From contig CAWIEK010000009.1 in assembly GCA_963835065.1 (NCBI GenBank), positions 96,001 through 160,000 of the forward strand: a DNA stretch of 64,000 bases. Direction: 5' to 3'. The position numbers and the translations under genes are program-made. The notes under the pieces are model-generated. The model was not told where the DNA came from, did no database searches, and saw only the letters and a program-made list of their open reading frames with translations. Shown here in pieces: positions 60,025 to 64,000 of this stretch. The DNA comes from an uncultured Chthonomonadaceae bacterium. Lineage in GTDB: Bacteria > Armatimonadota > Chthonomonadetes > Chthonomonadales > Chthonomonadaceae. Position 1 is the first letter of the stretch. Every line of letters starts with the position of its first letter.

Positions 60025-60510
60025 TTACGGAATGCTGTCGGCGCATTCTCTGCACACTATATCCAGTACGCCCAATAGTTCCGGCAAGTTGGTCATCGGG
60101 TAGATTGCGGACTCATAAATTTCGTTCGCGTCCGTAAGTTTGTAAAACTGCCAATCCTGCCCATTGCTGACAATGCCAAACACAGTGCCCTGATGATTTT
60201 CCTGCCGATTGGTCCACTGACACGCTACCATTTCGGCCACGCACTGCGCTGTCCTACGTTCGAAATCGTCTCGTTTCGCTTCCGTCACGCACAAGAGCGG
60301 AGTTTCCAGATAGGCGCGTTTCGGCGCGATGAGATAATCGGCAATGCCCGTAAGCGTATCCGTTGCAATCAGAGCTTCTTTCCAGATACGGAGTTTGGGG
60401 TGCAAAGGAACAATGGCGGCAAAAATAAAATCTATCAGCAGAACTTTCGCTGCCTCCGATTTCAGTGTGAAGGCCGAGTATTTCCGTTTTACTGCCTGTC
60501 CATTGCTCAC
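60025..60510 (-). pseudogene. 5'-truncated PD-(D/E)xK nuclease-like protein (HsdR_N-like)
   Basis: SEAAK..LID, LTGIADY, VTEAKRDDF..AQCVAEM, FGIVSNGQDWQF; no credible N-terminus. Confidence 0.65.
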
Positions 60511-60672
60511 CTGATTGCCCCTTCCCAACTAAAACTCTCATCTAATGCTGTAAACACAGTCAATTCGAGATATGCTATGGGCCGGACAATATCTGCTTCA
60601 TACTCTGCCGCCGCCCATTCCACTTGCGCCTGCAGGATGCGGCTTCGCTCCATTTCTGGCATGGCAAAAGGT

Positions 60673-61473
60673 CTACTCTTTCCAATCCGTCATATCCAGT
60701 ACCAGGCTGCCGGATTTGGATTTTACAAAGGCGCGGGCGGTTGGCTCATCGAAAAAATGGGACTCGTCGAACAGGTGGGCGCAGGTTCCGTCACGGTCAA
60801 GGTTGAGTTCGCGCGCCCGCGCTAAAATGTCGCGCCAATTGCGGTTGCCATAGGAAGGCCATCGGATACCCGCCTGACAATAAGAGGCATCGGCGAAATA
60901 GCGCGCCTGCTGTTCGCCGCCCGGTTTGGCGCGGCGGGCATGCCACAGCGCGGAATGAACCAGCACGGCGGAACCCGGCGGCAGGTTATCCATCACGACG
61001 GTTCCCGGCAGAGTTGTTTCTCCGAGCAGGCGCAGCGCGTCGTTGCCCACAACCAGATTTTGACTCCGGGGCAGCGCCAGCAAATCGCCGATTTCACCAT
61101 TCAAGCCGTTGAGGTAGTAAAAGAAGTGAACCATGACATGCGAGCGGTTGGATTGCGGAAACTGCTCGTAATCCTGATGCCAGTGGACACCCGGCGTTCC
61201 CGCGCCCTGCCGGGCCGCATGAAGGTGGTGAAACGCGAACCCTTCGCCCATCACGTCCGTTACAATGTCCATCACGCGGGGATGACTGATAAGCGGTCCC
61301 AAATGTGGCATTTCACACGGGTAGGAACGCCGCGAACCGGCAGGCGGCGGCTCCATCAACACGTCAATGTCGGCTTTCAACGCCGCACATTCCCCATCGT
61401 CGAAGAACCGCTCAAAAATCAAGTAGCCGTCCGTCTGAAAGGATTGCCGCTGCGCCTCCGTAAGCCGTTTCAT
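60673..61473 (-). CDS. Phytanoyl-CoA dioxygenase (PhyH) family protein
   Basis: FQTDGYL, WHQD, LLALPRSQ, GSAVLVHSALWHA. Confidence 0.88.
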   Translation of the reverse strand: MKRLTEAQRQSFQTDGYLIFERFFDDGECAALKADIDVLMEPPPAGSRRSYPCEMPHLGPLISHPRVMDIVTDVMGEGFAFHHLHAARQGAGTPGVHWHQDYEQFPQSNRSHVMVHFFYYLNGLNGEIGDLLALPRSQNLVVGNDALRLLGETTLPGTVVMDNLPPGSAVLVHSALWHARRAKPGGEQQARYFADASYCQAGIRWPSYGNRNWRDILARARELNLDRDGTCAHLFDESHFFDEPTARAFVKSKSGSLVLDMTDWKE

Positions 61474-61624
61474 GATCGAGAATTCCTCCGGTACGAAAAT
61501 AGGGTTTTAGGGTTTTAGGTGGTTAGGGTGTTCGGTATTGGGTGTTCGACATTCGGTATTGGGCTTGTATCTTCTGCCTTCTGCCTAACATCTAATATCT
61601 AATGCCTAACATCTTCCATGCCGC

Positions 61625-61954
61625 TTACTCATGATCAAAAGGCGGGCGCTGCGGGGGGCGTGAAGAACCGTCGTTGGGCGGCGGGGGAGGCGGATAGGAA
61701 TCGGAGAAGGGCGAAGGCGGAGGCCGTCTCTGGTTTTGCAATTGCTGCAGGCGCGCGATCTCGGCATCCCGAATGATAACTTGCTGGTGAAGCTGGTCGC
61801 TGACGCGCGCCTGCTGCAGCGCAAGGGGCAGGATACACAAAAACGGCAGCAGCACACAGACGGCTCCCACAACCAGCCCGCCGCAGAAATACGCGAATGG
61901 TTTGGGAATTTTTACAGGGAATGTATCTGAGGAAGGTTCTACAGGGGAGGGCAT
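61625..61954 (-). CDS. Small membrane protein with Pro-rich tail
   Basis: Single TM, short coiled coil, PPPPP tail; AGGA RBS. Confidence 0.6.
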   Translation of the reverse strand: MPSPVEPSSDTFPVKIPKPFAYFCGGLVVGAVCVLLPFLCILPLALQQARVSDQLHQQVIIRDAEIARLQQLQNQRRPPPSPFSDSYPPPPPPNDGSSRPPQRPPFDHE

Positions 61955-61966
61955 AGCGGTTGGTTC

Positions 61967-62347
61967 CTATCGAGTCTGGACCTCAGCGAAGCGCGTTTGC
62001 GGAGTGTCGGCAGTAATCGGCGGCGGCGAGGACGCTGTTTTTTCTTTGCGCAGCTTATCCGCGCGGCTATAAGGAACAGAGCGCCCGGACAAGTTGGGCA
62101 TCGCCAGGCTTATCAGGCCGGAAAGCGCAATCGCCGCCGCCAAACCCAAAGCCGCCTGCTTCGCGCTCATATCCCGAATTTCCAGCGCGGCAGACGACAG
62201 CCTGCGCGTGGGCTGTACCGCTTCAGAGGCAGGCAGGGGCGGCACAAACCGCGTCCGATACTGATGGCCGCAGTACACGCAGCAGGCCGTTGTCAAACTC
62301 GTGGGCGTTTGGCAGCGCGGGCAGGCTTTTCGTAATTGTGGCTGCAT
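61967..62347 (-). CDS. Zinc-ribbon membrane protein
   Basis: CPRC...CVYCGHQY, one TM; GAGGAG RBS. Confidence 0.7.
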   Translation of the reverse strand: MQPQLRKACPRCQTPTSLTTACCVYCGHQYRTRFVPPLPASEAVQPTRRLSSAALEIRDMSAKQAALGLAAAIALSGLISLAMPNLSGRSVPYSRADKLRKEKTASSPPPITADTPQTRFAEVQTR

Positions 62348-62404
62348 AACTTCTCTCCTCAGCAACAACTTCTTCGGCAAAACTTTCTTGTACAACAATT
62401 GCTG

Positions 62405-62802
62405 CTACAACAATCGCTGCATAGTACGCCATAGATTGATGGTTTTCCTGCCGAAATGTTCAATTCCCCGCAGAATATACGGCATGAGAATAGAAATGCT
62501 TTGCAGGCGTTCTAAAGTATGCCCGATGCGCGGCGCTTGCGCCAGCCGGGAATTTTGTGCAGCGAGGGCGTGTCGGACTCTTCGGGAATGGAGCAGATCG
62601 TGCAATGGGGAAACTGACGCGCCAATTGCCGCGCATCCCGCCAGTTCGGTTCAAACCAGACGCGCAATTCATAGCGGGCAATCAAATACGCGGCATGGCG
62701 CAGGTTATCCCGATAAAATAACTGCCCCGAAGTGGCCGGCGGGTTTACCGGGCGCAAACCGGAACCCGGCCAGCTATACATCATTCGTAACGGATCGGGC
62801 AT
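62405..62802 (-). CDS. Hypothetical protein, probably frameshifted (ORFs 62512-62802 and 62405-62605)
   Basis: AAAGGGAG RBS before ATG 62802; two overlapping ORFs join into one plausible reading. Confidence 0.4.
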
Positions 62803-63081
62803 ACGCTCTCCCTTTCAATCTTCCGTCAGTCTTCGCGCTGTCAATGGCAAACTAACCGGCGACTGTGCGCCAAAAGCCCCCACCCGCTGTACCCCCGAAA
62901 TTCCACCACAGCCCCTAAAAGACGACCCGAATGGGCTGTCACTCCACTACACTTCCACAAAGCAATCGGGCAAAAACAAGGATGGGCAGTACAGGGTGAT
63001 ATTCCGGTAGACAGGCGTAAACACCCGTAAAAATAAAACAAAAAAGATGTAAAAAAGCAGTAGCAACGACCCTCCAGGCAC

Positions 63082-63165
63082 TTGACTTCGCGGCAGCGAA
63101 CAAGTACAATGGTGTCGTTACGGGGTAACTATGGGGGAACTACAGGGGTACTCGTTGGAGGGGAA
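63082..63165 (+). promoter_or_regulatory. mra/dcw promoter with G-rich direct repeats (candidate MraZ boxes)
   Basis: TTGACT-N17-TACAAT followed by GGGG tracts at about 11-nt periodicity. Confidence 0.65.
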
Positions 63166-63245
63166 GCAGTGACCGGCTCCCAATCCAACCCCTCATCCCG
63201 CTTTTCTCAGTTGTTTTCGTTGCAGAAAGCGTTTCACGCACCCGA

Positions 63246-63794
63246 ATGGCGATCAGTTCCCCTTCCCTACGCATGTGGGGGCGCTTCGAGCATAGCCTGG
63301 ACGACAAAGGCCGTGTCATCGTGCCCCAAAAATTTCGAGACAAGCTCGGCGAGGAATTTGTCCTCACGCTTGGGCCGGGTCATCACATTCGCGTGTATCC
63401 CATGCCGATTTGGGAAGCGATGGAAGAACAACTCGTCAGCGTAGACGTTCACGACGAATTTAATCCCGACCTGGTGTTTTTGCAGCGCATGTTCGGCAAC
63501 TGCGAATTTGCCAGTTCCGACCAGCAGAACCGGCTCTCCATTCCGCGCCATTTGCGCGACTGGGCCAATCTGCGCGAAAGCGACGCGGCGGTCATTATCG
63601 GCAACGGCACGCGCCTTGAAATCTGGAATCGCCCCGGCTGGGACGCTTACAGCAACGACTTTACGCCCGAAAACGCCGCCATCGCCGCCCGCAGCCGCAG
63701 AATCAGCGATCCGGCAACAACAGTAACAGGCGAACGCGCCAACAGTCCGCTGACCGCCGCCGAACAGCCCGACGATGTAATTACGAAAAGTTAA
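63246..63794 (+). CDS. mraZ: Division/cell wall cluster transcriptional repressor MraZ
   Basis: GRFEHSLDDKGRVIVPQKFR, DQQNRLSIP, GNGTRLEIW; upstream of rsmH. Confidence 0.95.
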   Translation: MAISSPSLRMWGRFEHSLDDKGRVIVPQKFRDKLGEEFVLTLGPGHHIRVYPMPIWEAMEEQLVSVDVHDEFNPDLVFLQRMFGNCEFASSDQQNRLSIPRHLRDWANLRESDAAVIIGNGTRLEIWNRPGWDAYSNDFTPENAAIAARSRRISDPATTVTGERANSPLTAAEQPDDVITKS

Positions 63795-63827
63795 TCATAA
63801 CGGAACGTTGACAGTTGAGTTACTGCC

Positions 63828-64000
63828 ATGAACTCTGAAAACCCGGAAGAACCGCAAACCGCTTCCGAAACTATCAACTATCAACTATCAAGTACCAACT
63901 ACCATACGCCCGTCCTGCTGGACGAAATTCTGGACGCGCTCAATCCGCAGCCGGGCAAAACAATTTTAGACGCCACGCTTGGCGGCGGCGGGCACAGTCT
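63828..64000 (+). CDS. rsmH: 16S rRNA m4C1402 methyltransferase RsmH (5' part)
   Basis: HTPVLLDEI...[12 protein letters not shown] directly after mraZ. Confidence 0.93.
   Translation, partial: MNSENPEEPQTASETINYQLSSTNYHTPVLLDEILDALNPQPGKTILDATLGGGGHS

Overview
GC-rich bacterial chromosomal window. It is most likely Armatimonadota-like, an inference from the prepilin/DUF1559 'H-X9-DG' proteins with small partner lipoproteins and a LacI regulator, and from the HEAT proteins with LLRP tails. It holds about 55 genes: housekeeping/metabolic genes (glpK, phosphomannomutase, mgtE-like, mraZ-rsmH start of the dcw cluster, two GT9 heptosyltransferases), two Type IIG-like fused restriction-modification genes (one frameshifted, one 3'-truncated), a Gly-rich envelope-protein cluster, second-messenger genes and a decayed toxin-antitoxin island. 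Non-coding highlights: (1) a tRNA-Leu(UAA) split by a 227-nt cyanobacterial-type group I intron (20923-21230, minus); (2) two copies of an unannotated ~270-nt unit (about 1919-2190 plus, 51284-51546 minus) with an ECF-sigma-like promoter, a strong SD, an 8-9 codon ORF ending SRSP-UGA and a 119-nt core that is 96% identical, the best candidate here for an undescribed sRNA/leader-peptide system; (3) many palindromic and heptamer repeats, several inserted in frame into proteins, one pair flanking a whole cyclase gene, and one ~400-bp nested palindrome. Several single-base frameshifts in otherwise intact genes suggest long-read consensus errors. No CRISPR array, rRNA or intact transposase was seen. 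All family assignments come from motif recognition, not database searches.
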